This document shows positions 36,721-46,012 of a DNA stretch of 64,000 bases, in pieces. A program made the position numbers and the translations under genes. Source of the DNA: an uncultured Candidatus Saccharibacteria bacterium. Lineage in GTDB: Bacteria > Patescibacteriota > Minisyncoccia > Phycocordibacterales > JACOZG01. Where the stretch lies: the NCBI GenBank assembly GCA_964648765.1, contig CAZYLF010000002.1, forward strand, positions 3,537-67,536, in the 5' to 3' direction. Below the pieces are notes generated by a model, which was given only the letters and a program-made list of their open reading frames with translations, was not told the DNA's origin and did no database searches. The first letter of the stretch is position 1; every line of letters begins with the position of its first letter.

Positions 36721-39053
36721 TATAGTTTTTTAGCTTTAATTCGGAGCGAGTTCGACACCACAGACACCGACGACATTGCCATAGCAAAGCCCGCGAATAC
36801 TGGATTCAAAAGCCAACCGAAGACCGGATACAATGCCCCTGCTGCAAGCGGAATACCCACAATGTTGTAGATGAAAGCCCAGAAAAGATTCTGTTTGATT
36901 CCACGCATGGTTATTTTCGAAAGCTTGATAGCTTTCACGAGCTTTGAAATATCTCCACCAAGGAGCGTAATACCGGCCGATTCTATCGCTACGTCAGTTC
37001 CGGTCCCCATGGCAATACCAACATCAGCCTGGGCGAGCGCAGGGGCATCGTTTACGCCATCACCTGCCATTGCAACCACTCGACCCTGTGATTGCAGCTC
37101 CTGAATCTTTTTCAATTTATCTTCAGGAAGCACGTGAGCAACTACATCATCGATGCCGACAAGAGATGCAATGTACTTAGCGGCCTTTTCATCATCCCCA
37201 GTAAGCATAACCACTTTAATACCGAGAGTGTGGAGATTCTTTACGGCCTCAACTGATTCAGCTTTTATTTCATCAGCAACCATAACAAAGCCGAGGACTT
37301 TCTCTTTGGTAGCTAGAATGACAGGTGTTTTTCCTTGAGAAGTAAACTCATTAAGTTTTGCGGTATCAAAAGGAATTTTGAGATCACTTACAAGTTTTGC
37401 GTTTCCAACAAAGTATTCGGTGCCATTGATCGAACCCTTGAGTCCTTTGCCTTGTATGCCTTCAAAATTTGAAATATCTGAAATAGAAATATTCTTTTCT
37501 TGTGCGTAGCTCACGATCGCATGTGCAATCGGATGTTCTGATCTCTTTTCTAGTGAAGCAAGAATCGAAACAAGTTCTTCGTCTTTAATATCAGAAAGAT
37601 TTTGTGTATCGACAAGAGTTGGCTTGCCCTTAGTAATGGTTCCTGTCTTATCAACCACAACTGTATTTACCTTATGGAGTTTCTCAAGTGTTGCCGCATC
37701 TTTGATAAGAATGCCTTCCTTGGCTCCTTTACCGACTCCAACAATGATCGCTGTGGGTGTAGCTAAGCCGAGAGCACATGGACATGCAATTACGAGAATG
37801 CCGACAAATGATACAAGGCCAAATGACAGTGCCTGTGAAAATCCTAGATATTGCGAGCCGAAGATAAGCCATGCGCCAAGTGTTAGAAATGCGATTACCA
37901 AAACAATAGGCACAAAGACTGATGAGATTTTATCTGCGAGTGCCTGAATCGGCGCTTTGCTACCCTGAGCATCTTCGACCATCTTAATTATCTGAGCGAG
38001 AAGCGTTTCGGACCCGACTTTTGTAGCTTTAAATGTAAATGAGCCACTTGTATTGATAGTTCCGGATACTACGCTGTCACCAATCTTTTTCTGGGCTGGC
38101 ATAGGCTCTCCTGTGACCATTGATTCATCGATGAACGAGCTACCTTCGGTGATAACACCGTCCACCGGAATCTTTGCGCCTGGTTTAACGATGATAAGAT
38201 CTCCATGTTTTACCTCATTTACCGAAATCTCCACTTCCTTTCCATCACGAATAACCAAGGCTGTTTTAGCTTGGAGATTGAGGAGTTTTTCTATAGCGTC
38301 ACCTGTCTTTATTTTCGATCGAGCTTCAAGATATTTACCGAGAGCAATAAAGGTAATGACCACAATCGTTACATCGTAATACTGATAGTCGACGTTTATA
38401 AATGGTCGCAGTGCTTCCTCAAAAGCGGTAACCGCAAAGCTGTATAAAAAGGCTGCTGTGGTTCCAATACCGATCAGCGTATCCATGTTTGCCTTGCCGT
38501 ATCGAAGGAATCTGTAAAAGCCAAGTAGGTATGGCTTGCCGACAACGAAGAGGATATATGTCGCTAATATTGGGAGAAGATGATGGATAAACTCTTTGAT
38601 GGTGTAACTCATTTCACCTACGACTCCGTATTGTGCAAGGATATCCCAACCCATAACCAGCGCAGCAAAGATAGCGATTGGAATTGCAGAAAGCAGCATT
38701 GTTCGCATACCTGCAACCTCCGCTAGTTTCTCTTTCTTTGATTGATTGAGTCCAAGGTGTGTAGCGTGCTCATCGGCAGACATGCCCATCTCTTCTGCCG
38801 ATTGACCACCATGATCATGCGACATCTCTTGTTGATCTAGAGCCAGGGAGTAACCGAGGGGTTCTATCTTCTTTGAAAGCTCTTGTGCACTCGTTTTTGA
38901 TTCATCAAAAGCTACTTTAGCCTTTTCGGTTCCATAGTTTACTTCAGCAGAGTGGACCCCTTCAGTCTTCTTGAAAGTCTTCTCGATAATACCAGCGCAA
39001 GAAGCGCAATGCATTCCTTTTACTCTGTAAGTTTTAGTTTGAGGATGATTCAT
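36720..39053 (-). CDS. copA: copper-translocating P1B-type ATPase
   Basis: HMA GMHCASCAG, CPC motif IACPCALGLATP, DKTGTIT and GDGVNDAP. The start is placed at MNHPQT (39053), which abuts the csoR stop. Confidence 0.9.
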   Translation of the reverse strand: MNHPQTKTYRVKGMHCASCAGIIEKTFKKTEGVHSAEVNYGTEKAKVAFDESKTSAQELSKKIEPLGYSLALDQQEMSHDHGGQSAEEMGMSADEHATHLGLNQSKKEKLAEVAGMRTMLLSAIPIAIFAALVMGWDILAQYGVVGEMSYTIKEFIHHLLPILATYILFVVGKPYLLGFYRFLRYGKANMDTLIGIGTTAAFLYSFAVTAFEEALRPFINVDYQYYDVTIVVITFIALGKYLEARSKIKTGDAIEKLLNLQAKTALVIRDGKEVEISVNEVKHGDLIIVKPGAKIPVDGVITEGSSFIDESMVTGEPMPAQKKIGDSVVSGTINTSGSFTFKATKVGSETLLAQIIKMVEDAQGSKAPIQALADKISSVFVPIVLVIAFLTLGAWLIFGSQYLGFSQALSFGLVSFVGILVIACPCALGLATPTAIIVGVGKGAKEGILIKDAATLEKLHKVNTVVVDKTGTITKGKPTLVDTQNLSDIKDEELVSILASLEKRSEHPIAHAIVSYAQEKNISISDISNFEGIQGKGLKGSINGTEYFVGNAKLVSDLKIPFDTAKLNEFTSQGKTPVILATKEKVLGFVMVADEIKAESVEAVKNLHTLGIKVVMLTGDDEKAAKYIASLVGIDDVVAHVLPEDKLKKIQELQSQGRVVAMAGDGVNDAPALAQADVGIAMGTGTDVAIESAGITLLGGDISKLVKAIKLSKITMRGIKQNLFWAFIYNIVGIPLAAGALYPVFGWLLNPVFAGFAMAMSSVSVVSNSLRIKAKKL

Positions 39054-39057
39054 ATTT

Positions 39058-39330
39058 TTATTTGCGCTTAAGCTTATAAACCTTAAGGATTTCATCGACA
39101 GCCTTCTTTTCACTGCCATGCTTCATTTGATGAACAACGTGTGTTGAAAGATGGTTCTCAAGAACCAAGTCCTCAATGCCGGTGAGTGCCTCTTTAATGG
39201 CGGACACTTGGGTGATAATGTCGATACAATATTTTTCCTCCTCAACCATCTTTTGCAAACCTCTGATTTGTCCCTCAGTAATTTTTAATCGGCGAATAGC
39301 TTTTGTTTTGATATCTTGTCTCATATACAT
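39058..39330 (-). CDS. csoR: CsoR/RcnR-family metal-sensing transcriptional repressor
   Basis: 90-aa helical protein with the conserved C…H…C (YCIDI…HLSTHVVH) CsoR pattern; lies upstream of copA. Confidence 0.75.
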   Translation of the reverse strand: MYMRQDIKTKAIRRLKITEGQIRGLQKMVEEEKYCIDIITQVSAIKEALTGIEDLVLENHLSTHVVHQMKHGSEKKAVDEILKVYKLKRK

Positions 39331-39335
39331 ACATA

Positions 39336-39352
39336 ATACCCCCTAGGGGTAT
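39336..39352. promoter_or_regulatory. candidate CsoR operator (GC-tract palindrome ATACCCCCTAGGGGTAT)
   Basis: Near-perfect inverted repeat immediately upstream of the csoR start. It resembles known CsoR operators (TACCC-N-GGGTA type). Confidence 0.55.
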
Positions 39353-39609
39353 AGGAGTCAATCGCAAGATATCAACATTTTTTAAACCAGAGCCAGCTGT
39401 TCGCTTGTTGGCCGGACCAAAGGATAGATCCCATCCTTCAAATTAGGGATGTAATGGTAGTTACTTGTGGTCCTGAAATAGGTAGTTATTTCATCAACAA
39501 CGCGGAGCAAAATTAAGCGCCCATTGAGGGCGTTTTAATTTTGCGAACGGCGGAGCAATAAAGATTAGACACTGTGTTTTACCTTTTAAATTGAGTCTTT
39601 TTATGGTTA

Positions 39610-39639
39610 TTGACAAGTATAGTAACTTCGTGTATAATG
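39610..39639 (+). promoter_or_regulatory. promoter TTGACA-N18-TATAAT
   Basis: Consensus hexamers upstream of the 39720 gene. Confidence 0.6.
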
Positions 39640-39719
39640 CGACACAGAGCATAAGGTTATCTTGGGTATAACCCCCAAACCTACGTTCATTCACAAAACT
39701 TTAAATAGGGAGGTCAGAG

Positions 39720-40184
39720 ATGAGATTACCTGATGAGAATCGCTCTATCGCACTTGGTACGTTGTTCCAATTACCCATGATAGGCATCTACCTCACAATC
39801 ATCTATCTATACGAACCACTAGTTAAGGTGTCGCCGTGGATCTGGTTGTCTCACGCAGGTTTTGTCCTTTTTTGCTACTGTCTCGTACACTTGTATGTAA
39901 TGAGGAAAAGAGACAATCAGCTGATAGTAACAGGACCTTTTCGGTACACCAGGCACCCTATGTACACTGGCATAATGCTGATGAATTTGCAGTTCTGGTT
40001 ACCCTTCCCCGTCTCGTTCGCACCGTCGTTCATTTTTATTCAACTTGCTTTTGTTGGTTGCCTTATTATGGCGGCCTACTTCCAAGAGAAGGAAACGGTC
40101 GCGAGATTTGGTAAGATAGCGGAAGAATATTATGAAAGAACTCCTCGGTTGTTCTTTCTCTATCCGCTAATCCGAACTGGATGA
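39720..40184 (+). CDS. isoprenylcysteine carboxyl methyltransferase (ICMT)/phospholipid methyltransferase family membrane protein
   Basis: RBS agggagg; TM helices; C-terminal motif YTRHPMYTG. Confidence 0.7.
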   Translation: MRLPDENRSIALGTLFQLPMIGIYLTIIYLYEPLVKVSPWIWLSHAGFVLFCYCLVHLYVMRKRDNQLIVTGPFRYTRHPMYTGIMLMNLQFWLPFPVSFAPSFIFIQLAFVGCLIMAAYFQEKETVARFGKIAEEYYERTPRLFFLYPLIRTG

Positions 40185-40349
40185 TACTACAGCCGCCCCA
40201 GCGAAAAGTCGCTCCCGGGCGGCTTTTCTTTTTAATAATTTTCTCCGACAAATTGAGAGCTAATCATTTTCTTTACCTCCATCCAACTCTGTGCTAGTTA
40301 TTTAGTCAGATGTTTGGACACAATAACGACATTTAAAAAGGAGCCCAAC

Positions 40350-40697
40350 ATGTCGAATCCAAGAGGAGGAAGTCCAATAAATCCGCACTTCTTCAACACA
40401 CCAGAAAATGAGCAAGTGGTCAGCAGAAAAGTTTGGACGGAAGACGAAATTCTTAAAATATGGGAGCAATCAGCTGGAGAATTACGCGGTTTCCAGGCCC
40501 ACCTTCAACCAAAATCTCCAATCACTGCCAGCCAACTTGGTTTAGCCCTACAACTGGCAAACGCTGAATTCGAACGATTACGGGATAGCCGAGCTAATCA
40601 TTCAAGTGGTCGTCGGTGTGAAAATTGTAGTGCCCCTCTCCCTTCAGGACACACGGCCATTTACTGCTCGAATGAATGTGCACATGACGATGCCTAA
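40350..40697 (+). CDS. hypothetical protein with C-terminal zinc ribbon (CENCSAPLP…CSNEC)
   Basis: RBS aaaaggag; the start is set at MSNPRGG. Confidence 0.5.
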   Translation: MSNPRGGSPINPHFFNTPENEQVVSRKVWTEDEILKIWEQSAGELRGFQAHLQPKSPITASQLGLALQLANAEFERLRDSRANHSSGRRCENCSAPLPSGHTAIYCSNECAHDDA

Positions 40698-40983
40698 TCC
40701 TTACCCCTGCCCCAGAGATCACATCAAAGGGGCTTTTTTCTTTAGTTGACGCAGATTAAGAATTTGCTAAGATGTTGAGGTAACGTTCTTTGACAACAGA
40801 ATATATATCAAGAGTGAGCTGAGGGAATGGCCCGATGAAGCTCCGACAACCTGCCCCATAATCTGTGGGCAAGGTGCCAAATCCAACCCCTGCGGGAAGA
40901 TATCTATCTGTTTAAAGTAATTCAATAGAAACAACACCGCACTCGCGGTGTTGTTTCGTGTTTATCTTTAATAAGGAGAGAAA

Positions 40984-41640
40984 ATGGAAGATCTAAACCT
41001 CGATGAGAGAAAAAATGACTTGCTTGGCGAGCTTGATTATTTAAACTCTTTTATCGGTCTGGCAAAATCTTTTATCACAGAAAGTAGGACCAAGAAAATG
41101 TTGACTGACATTCAAAATGACATCTTTATCATCCAAGCCAACGTCGCCAGCCCAACCAACGTAAGATACTTACCGGAAAATATTGGTCGTCAACGTATCA
41201 TTGATATTCAAAAAGAAACCTTTTACATCGAAAAGGGCCTTAGGAATATCAACCACTTCATCATTCCTGAAGGTACTACTGCGGCCTCAGCTGTTAATTG
41301 TGTCAGGACAATCGCTAGAAAGGTTGAAAGAAAAATTGTTGGCTACCTTAAGCAACCGAGCACCTTATCTATGTACCTTGATCAAGTCGCCTGCTTGATG
41401 TTTGCTCTGAGTCGCCAGATTAACCAAAAACAGGGCATTCAAGAAAAGGCTCCGAGTTATTTTGTTTCTAGAAACCTTAAGTCAAACAAAGGAGATCGTC
41501 ATGGACAGAAAAGAAATGGGTCTAAAGAATCTGCAAAAATGCGCGCAAAAAATGGAAGAGGTCAAAAAGCAGGCCGATCAAAGGAGAGAAGAAGAATTTC
41601 GTCTCCGAGAAGCCGAACGCCAAGAAACCGAAAAAAATAG
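40984..41640 (+). CDS. hypothetical protein; highly basic C-terminal tail overlaps next gene (3' end uncertain)
   Basis: RBS taaggagag. The last ~45 aa are K/R-rich and overlap the 41501 gene in another frame. Confidence 0.45.
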   Translation: MEDLNLDERKNDLLGELDYLNSFIGLAKSFITESRTKKMLTDIQNDIFIIQANVASPTNVRYLPENIGRQRIIDIQKETFYIEKGLRNINHFIIPEGTTAASAVNCVRTIARKVERKIVGYLKQPSTLSMYLDQVACLMFALSRQINQKQGIQEKAPSYFVSRNLKSNKGDRHGQKRNGSKESAKMRAKNGRGQKAGRSKERRRISSPRSRTPRNRKK

Positions 41641-42028
41641 ACGAGAGTGGTTGCGCCAAAATGAAATTCCTGCCAGGGAAGCCGCAACCACCATCTGGCG
41701 GTGGTACAAAGACCTTATTGTTCTACCGGAGTTTCAGAAAATCACGACGTCGATGAAAAAGATTAATCACGCATGGTTGGCTGTCTCTCGAGAGATCAAG
41801 GTCAGTAACATTGCTGGTTACGGAAGTTTTTTTGAAGGAACCTACCTCTTTACTCTTGATATCCGAGAAAATAAATTGCACATACACAGACTGGTAAAAT
41901 ACGGCAAAAGCAAGATGATAGATACGATGGAGGATCTTCTCCGTTTGGTGCCAATCCCCATCCTGATTGAGTTTGCCAAGACCATAACTGATGACAGCAT
42001 TTGGGACGTTATCAATTTTGAGACTTGA
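41501..42028 (+). CDS. hypothetical protein with N-terminal E/K/R-rich coiled coil
   Basis: Strong RBS aaaggag 6 nt before ATG at 41501. Confidence 0.55.
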   Translation: MDRKEMGLKNLQKCAQKMEEVKKQADQRREEEFRLREAERQETEKNRREWLRQNEIPAREAATTIWRWYKDLIVLPEFQKITTSMKKINHAWLAVSREIKVSNIAGYGSFFEGTYLFTLDIRENKLHIHRLVKYGKSKMIDTMEDLLRLVPIPILIEFAKTITDDSIWDVINFET

Positions 42029-42042
42029 CCCCATCGGAACAA

Positions 42043-42090
42043 CCGCGTCAGAAGTAGGCCTCCAAGCCTGCCTCTGACGCGGTTTTTTAT
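42043..42090 (+). terminator. rho-independent terminator
   Basis: ccgcgtcagaagtaggcc…ggcctgcctctgacgcgg hairpin plus T6. Confidence 0.7.
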
Positions 42091-42182
42091 TTCAAATCCA
42101 GTGCGTAGATATAGCTGCCTTACTCTCGTTAGGGTAAAAACGCCGGAGCCAAACCAAAAATAAATCATGATATAATTCAGGC

Positions 42183-42455
42183 ATGATAAAAGATCCGCTA
42201 CATGAGATAGAGAATGCCACAATGAGGGCGAATCATTTTATGAGAGACAAAACTCGGAGTGTGTTTAGTCGGTACCCAGTGATCTTCTCCTTCTTAGTCC
42301 TGTTTGGAGTGATGTCTGTTTTGCACGGCTTTGATGAGGTTATTTTTAAAATCCCACTACTGCAAAATCACCCGATAATCGTTTTCATAATTGGCCTCTT
42401 TATTTTAATCTTTACTGGCACCTTATATAAACGTCTCCAAAAAAGGATTGATTAA
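42183..42455 (+). CDS. small membrane protein, 90 aa
   Basis: Two TM helices. Confidence 0.45.
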   Translation: MIKDPLHEIENATMRANHFMRDKTRSVFSRYPVIFSFLVLFGVMSVLHGFDEVIFKIPLLQNHPIIVFIIGLFILIFTGTLYKRLQKRID

Positions 42456-42466
42456 GCCGAAAATAT

Positions 42467-43006
42467 TTAATCGGCCTTAAGAATAATCTTTGCCACTTCG
42501 CGGGCTATTGTTTCCGGTGTCTTGTTGTCTGTATCTACGATCGGTAAATTATATCGTTCAAAAACTTTGCGGAGTTCGGGTAAAAACGAAACGCACTGCT
42601 CCACAAACTCATCAAGTGAGACTCCCGCGGCTCTCTCAATTTCCTTCCGGCTTTCAGGGGTCACATGCCGGCCGTATAGACGCTTTTTTAAAGCATCCAC
42701 AGACGCATCCAATAATATAATTTGCGCTGGAACATCTTTGTCTGGATTATGAATCTTTTTAAATTGCTCTGGATTCGTAAAGCCAGTTATAACAGTATTT
42801 TTGCCAGTTAGCGCATTTAAATTTGCTATATCAATCCAATGTCGCGTCTCGGCATCGAGCCACACTTGTCCCCCACCATCGGGCACACCCCTTTCATCAA
42901 TGTCGCGAACTTCATACTCGTCTGCTGGTAATATTTTTTTAAGATGTTCAAGAATTGATGTTTTACCCACACCAGAACTTCCTGAAATAAAATAGATTTT
43001 AATCAT
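42467..43006 (-). CDS. P-loop NTPase/kinase (AAA_18 / nucleoside-kinase-like)
   Basis: Walker A ISGSSGVGKTS in a 179-aa protein. Confidence 0.6.
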   Translation of the reverse strand: MIKIYFISGSSGVGKTSILEHLKKILPADEYEVRDIDERGVPDGGGQVWLDAETRHWIDIANLNALTGKNTVITGFTNPEQFKKIHNPDKDVPAQIILLDASVDALKKRLYGRHVTPESRKEIERAAGVSLDEFVEQCVSFLPELRKVFERYNLPIVDTDNKTPETIAREVAKIILKAD

Positions 43007-43019
43007 ATTGGTTTAATTA

Positions 43020-43241
43020 TTACCGATGCCCGCAACCCGCCCAGCAGCAGGGTCGGCGCATTCCGCCAGCAAGCTTGGAGAGTGCCTTCTCAATTCGGAT
43101 CAGCCTAGTCTCGGCTTTTTTACCGGAAGTGACCCAACAGATCCACTCATTACGCGCGAGCGGTGTGATATCCTCCCACACCACTAGAGCTCTTGGGGTT
43201 TCCGTTATGGCCTTTCGGAAATCCTCTGGTAATTTATGCAT
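43020..43241 (-). CDS. YdeI/OmpD-associated family small protein
   Basis: Resembles the PF13376 pattern (…RNEWICWVTSGKKAETRLIRIEK…). Confidence 0.5.
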   Translation of the reverse strand: MHKLPEDFRKAITETPRALVVWEDITPLARNEWICWVTSGKKAETRLIRIEKALSKLAGGMRRPCCWAGCGHR

Positions 43242-43380
43242 AACTCTATTTTATCATTAAAACAGCTTTACAGATCAGAAAAAAAGTTCCGGTAGCTCAT
43301 TTGACAAAGACGGAGTAAATATGCTAGTTAAATAGTGGTGTTTTTGGGATTCGATGTTCTTTTCACAGAAAGAGGAAAAA

Positions 43381-44139
43381 ATGAAGAAGGAATTGTGGTC
43401 ACGGTTGCAGGGTTATCAGTTTGAAAATTTGGTCTCACCCAGTCTGCTGGATCAGATCAAGAGTGTCTTTGTTGGGTCAAATCCATCAATGAAGGCATTT
43501 GCAGGGAAACTCTCTCGCAAGCTGGGCTGGACCACCTCTTTTGCCATGAGAGCAATCGAGGAGTACAAGAGGTTTGTCTATCTTGGTATTGTAAGTGATT
43601 CTGGTGTTACTCCGTCAAGAATAATTGATCAAGTCTGGCACGAGCATCAACTTTTTACTCGGGCATATCGAGAGTTTTGTAATGACGTACTCCGTAAAAA
43701 TTTTGATCACTTTCCGGAACTAGTTCCGATTGATGAACAAACGAGTGCCTTCCAAGATCAATACACCGAGACAGTTGCCCTTTACCAGCGTGAGTTCAAC
43801 TCTGCACCACCGGCCGACATATGGGCAACAACCAAGTTTAAAACTGAAAAGAAAGTAGGGGTTGTTAAACGCTCAACTGCGGTTACACAACCTGCACCTT
43901 CTTCACCCCATGATTCATGCGGATCAGATGATCTGCCGCTGCACATGCTTTGGCATGACACAAATCATCACTCTCGAAGTAGTCATACAGACTATAACGA
44001 GCCGATAGGCAATCACGTTCCTGATCACTCGCCTACCCACGACTCTCATCATAGTGATGTGGGGAGTGACAGTGGAAGCAGTGGTGATAGTGGTGGGGGC
44101 AGTTCCTGTTCTTCAAGCTGTGGCGGCGGAGGAGATTAG
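43381..44139 (+). CDS. glycine-rich-domain (GRDP/DUF1399)-like protein with S/G/H/D low-complexity tail
   Basis: DQVWHEHQL motif; tail SDSGSSGDSGGGSSCSSSCGGGG. The start is set at MKKELW after the agaggaaaaa RBS. Confidence 0.5.
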   Translation: MKKELWSRLQGYQFENLVSPSLLDQIKSVFVGSNPSMKAFAGKLSRKLGWTTSFAMRAIEEYKRFVYLGIVSDSGVTPSRIIDQVWHEHQLFTRAYREFCNDVLRKNFDHFPELVPIDEQTSAFQDQYTETVALYQREFNSAPPADIWATTKFKTEKKVGVVKRSTAVTQPAPSSPHDSCGSDDLPLHMLWHDTNHHSRSSHTDYNEPIGNHVPDHSPTHDSHHSDVGSDSGSSGDSGGGSSCSSSCGGGGD

Positions 44140-44170
44140 CTAGATTCTAGACCTTTTTAGTAACTATTAG

Positions 44171-44205
44171 CACCGAGAGAATTATCTCTCGGTGCTTTTT
44201 ATTTA
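44171..44205 (+). terminator. rho-independent terminator
   Basis: gcaccgagagaattatctctcggtgc hairpin plus T-run. Confidence 0.7.
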
Positions 44206-44215
44206 AACTAAAGAA

Positions 44216-44244
44216 TTGACAAAAAAGTTGTTCTGTGCTAGTAA
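44216..44244 (+). promoter_or_regulatory. promoter TTGACA-N17-tgcTAGTAA
   Basis: Consensus match. Confidence 0.55.
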
Positions 44245-44334
44245 ATAGGTAGTCCAAAAAGTCATCAGACAAATCGTTCTGATGTGGTATCCGTGCCATC
44301 CACGGACCTGAACCAGTTAACGGCAGGAGGAAGA

Positions 44335-44880
44335 ATGTACATTGTTAAGACGTTAAAGAATGGTGTGCGAGTGTGGATCATCGTTCGTCGAAAGACCAAG
44401 GAACGTTTGCGGACCAAATGTTTCCGCGGCCTCGCTCAGCCGCTGGCGGGCAACTTCTCGCACTGGGAATCAGCTGAGGGACTGTTTAATGACCCCGAAA
44501 TGATGAAGCAGTTCTTGGCTGAACTCAGCGAGGTGTGGTCCGATCAAGACTTCAGCACTCACAGCGTTAGCCTGGTGCACACCACGCCTGTTGGATGGGA
44601 AAGTTCAGCTCCGCTTGAAAGCTATGCGCCAGAGGATCTCGAACGGTTTAAACCAAACCGCAAGAGTTCGGGTCTGCGAGTGAAGCCTACTCGCATTGAC
44701 CTGCTGGCCCCACAAACAAATGAGCTCACGATTGTGTATGAGTTCAAACCGGAAGATGGTCAAGCTGTCGCCATCATCCATTCCATTTACCCCGGCCGTG
44801 ATATTGGTAATTTGGATGGTGATGTGACCAACCGAGAGAAGCGGATCTTCTTTGACTGGAATCATCCCGGGAAACCCTGA
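44335..44880 (+). CDS. hypothetical protein, 181 aa
   Basis: SD aggagga 6 nt upstream of the ATG at 44335; the ORF track start at 44284 lacks an RBS. Confidence 0.5.
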   Translation: MYIVKTLKNGVRVWIIVRRKTKERLRTKCFRGLAQPLAGNFSHWESAEGLFNDPEMMKQFLAELSEVWSDQDFSTHSVSLVHTTPVGWESSAPLESYAPEDLERFKPNRKSSGLRVKPTRIDLLAPQTNELTIVYEFKPEDGQAVAIIHSIYPGRDIGNLDGDVTNREKRIFFDWNHPGKP

Positions 44881-44907
44881 CAAAAAAGAAAGAAAGGATG
44901 GTAGAAA

Positions 44908-45219
44908 ATGCCAAGAAAGAAGGTACCCGAAACTCTTGGGAAACGTATCTTGATGGGGCTTTTCCATGGAGGATGTCGCACTTGGGAGGATCGCATGGTA
45001 TTACGGAATGAGGCGATAAGCCTTTATTTTAAAACCAGGGCGGTCAGGATGGACGATAAAGAGATCGTCTACGAGCCTGATGATTCAGAGGCTGTGGAGG
45101 CTCATAAGTGGTACGGTGGTCTACTGAATGTTATACGGCGAGCATCTGGTGAATTTAATGCGGAAGTAGACGCAGCCCAAAGATATCTAGAGACCAAACC
45201 AGAGACCGCCACTGTATAA
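44908..45219 (+). CDS. hypothetical protein, 103 aa
   Basis: RBS aaaggatgg. Confidence 0.5.
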   Translation: MPRKKVPETLGKRILMGLFHGGCRTWEDRMVLRNEAISLYFKTRAVRMDDKEIVYEPDDSEAVEAHKWYGGLLNVIRRASGEFNAEVDAAQRYLETKPETATV

Positions 45220-45246
45220 TTTATTTTCCAAACCACAGTAAAACAA

Positions 45247-45280
45247 AGCCCCGCAAATCATCGCGGGGCTTTTTCTTTTT
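45247..45280 (+). terminator. rho-independent terminator
   Basis: gccccgcaaatcatcgcggggc hairpin plus T-run. Confidence 0.75.
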
Positions 45281-45297
45281 CTAAAATCCCATAAAAA

Positions 45298-45306
45298 TGC
45301 TAGAAT
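45298..45306 (+). promoter_or_regulatory. extended -10 (TGcTAGAAT) placed 6 nt before ATG: leaderless-type promoter
   Basis: The same module recurs at 45998-46006 and 57697-57705. Confidence 0.45.
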
Positions 45307-45312
45307 CAAAAT

Positions 45313-45588
45313 ATGAATAAAAAAATAATTTATATTGTCATCATTTTAATAGTAATTATTGGCGGTTATTTTATTTCCAAACAAAAAGCGGTGGAACCGC
45401 CCACCGACTCCGACTCGCAATCCAAACTCAACATTAATGTGGTCTGCGAGAGCGCGCTGGCTTACATGACCTTCCCCGATCAAGTTAGCGCCGACAAATT
45501 TGTGGAAGAATGCAAAAATGGAGAACACCCTGACGTGATCGAACGCTACAAAGCCGACATGAATCTCGGCGATGGCGCTGCGATTTAA
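45313..45588 (+). CDS. small secreted/membrane-anchored protein, 91 aa
   Basis: N-terminal TM/signal segment; no SD (leaderless). Confidence 0.5.
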   Translation: MNKKIIYIVIILIVIIGGYFISKQKAVEPPTDSDSQSKLNINVVCESALAYMTFPDQVSADKFVEECKNGEHPDVIERYKADMNLGDGAAI

Positions 45589-45600
45589 AACGGCACTAGT

Positions 45601-45630
45601 TTGACAAAAAAGTAAATATTCATATAGTTA
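45601..45630 (+). promoter_or_regulatory. promoter TTGACA-N18-TAGTTA
   Basis: Consensus match. Confidence 0.5.
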
Positions 45631-45701
45631 CTTTAGATGAGATCTGCGATGAAATGTAAGTAATCGCCACATGCTGTTTTGATAAAATAAGGAAGTGAAA
45701 A

Positions 45702-45932
45702 ATGACCAAAGAAAAGTACCCACCAATTTCTCCTGGAACAAAGGTGAGGACTACCCAAGAGAACCCTTCTTCCATTAACCAGTGGACCAACGAAGGCCGC
45801 GCCAAGAAAAAATGGGGTATTCGAGGGAACGTCCTCGCTCATCACGACTCACATGGCCTGTGTTATGACGTACAACATGAAGACGGAACAAAGGGCTGTT
45901 ACGATCCCGCTGAACTGGCAGTTATACCATAA
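45702..45932 (+). CDS. hypothetical small protein, 76 aa
   Basis: RBS aaggaagtg. Confidence 0.5.
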   Translation: MTKEKYPPISPGTKVRTTQENPSSINQWTNEGRAKKKWGIRGNVLAHHDSHGLCYDVQHEDGTKGCYDPAELAVIP

Positions 45933-45997
45933 CCACCACCCACCGAAAGCCACACGGCTCTGGTCGGGTGGTTTTCTTTTTCTAAAATCCCCTAAAA

Positions 45998-46006
45998 TGC
46001 TATAAT
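45998..46006 (+). promoter_or_regulatory. extended -10 (TGcTATAAT) placed 6 nt before ATG: leaderless-type promoter
   Basis: Paralogous to the 45270-45312 module. Confidence 0.45.
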
Positions 46007-46012
46007 CAGCAT

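Noticed and set aside
36871-38447. Several 60-110-aa ORFs on the plus strand inside copA (36871-37104, 37153-37338, 37624-37947, 38053-38379, 38205-38447)
   Set aside because: They are antisense or alternative frames within a strongly supported P-type ATPase gene, with Ser/Thr/Pro-rich composition typical of out-of-frame reading.
39494-39694. 66-aa minus-strand ORF
   Set aside because: It lies across the promoter region of the 39720 gene, with no RBS and a low-complexity sequence.
44605-44967. 120-aa minus-strand ORF
   Set aside because: It is antisense to genes 44335-44880 and 44908-45219, both of which have SDs.
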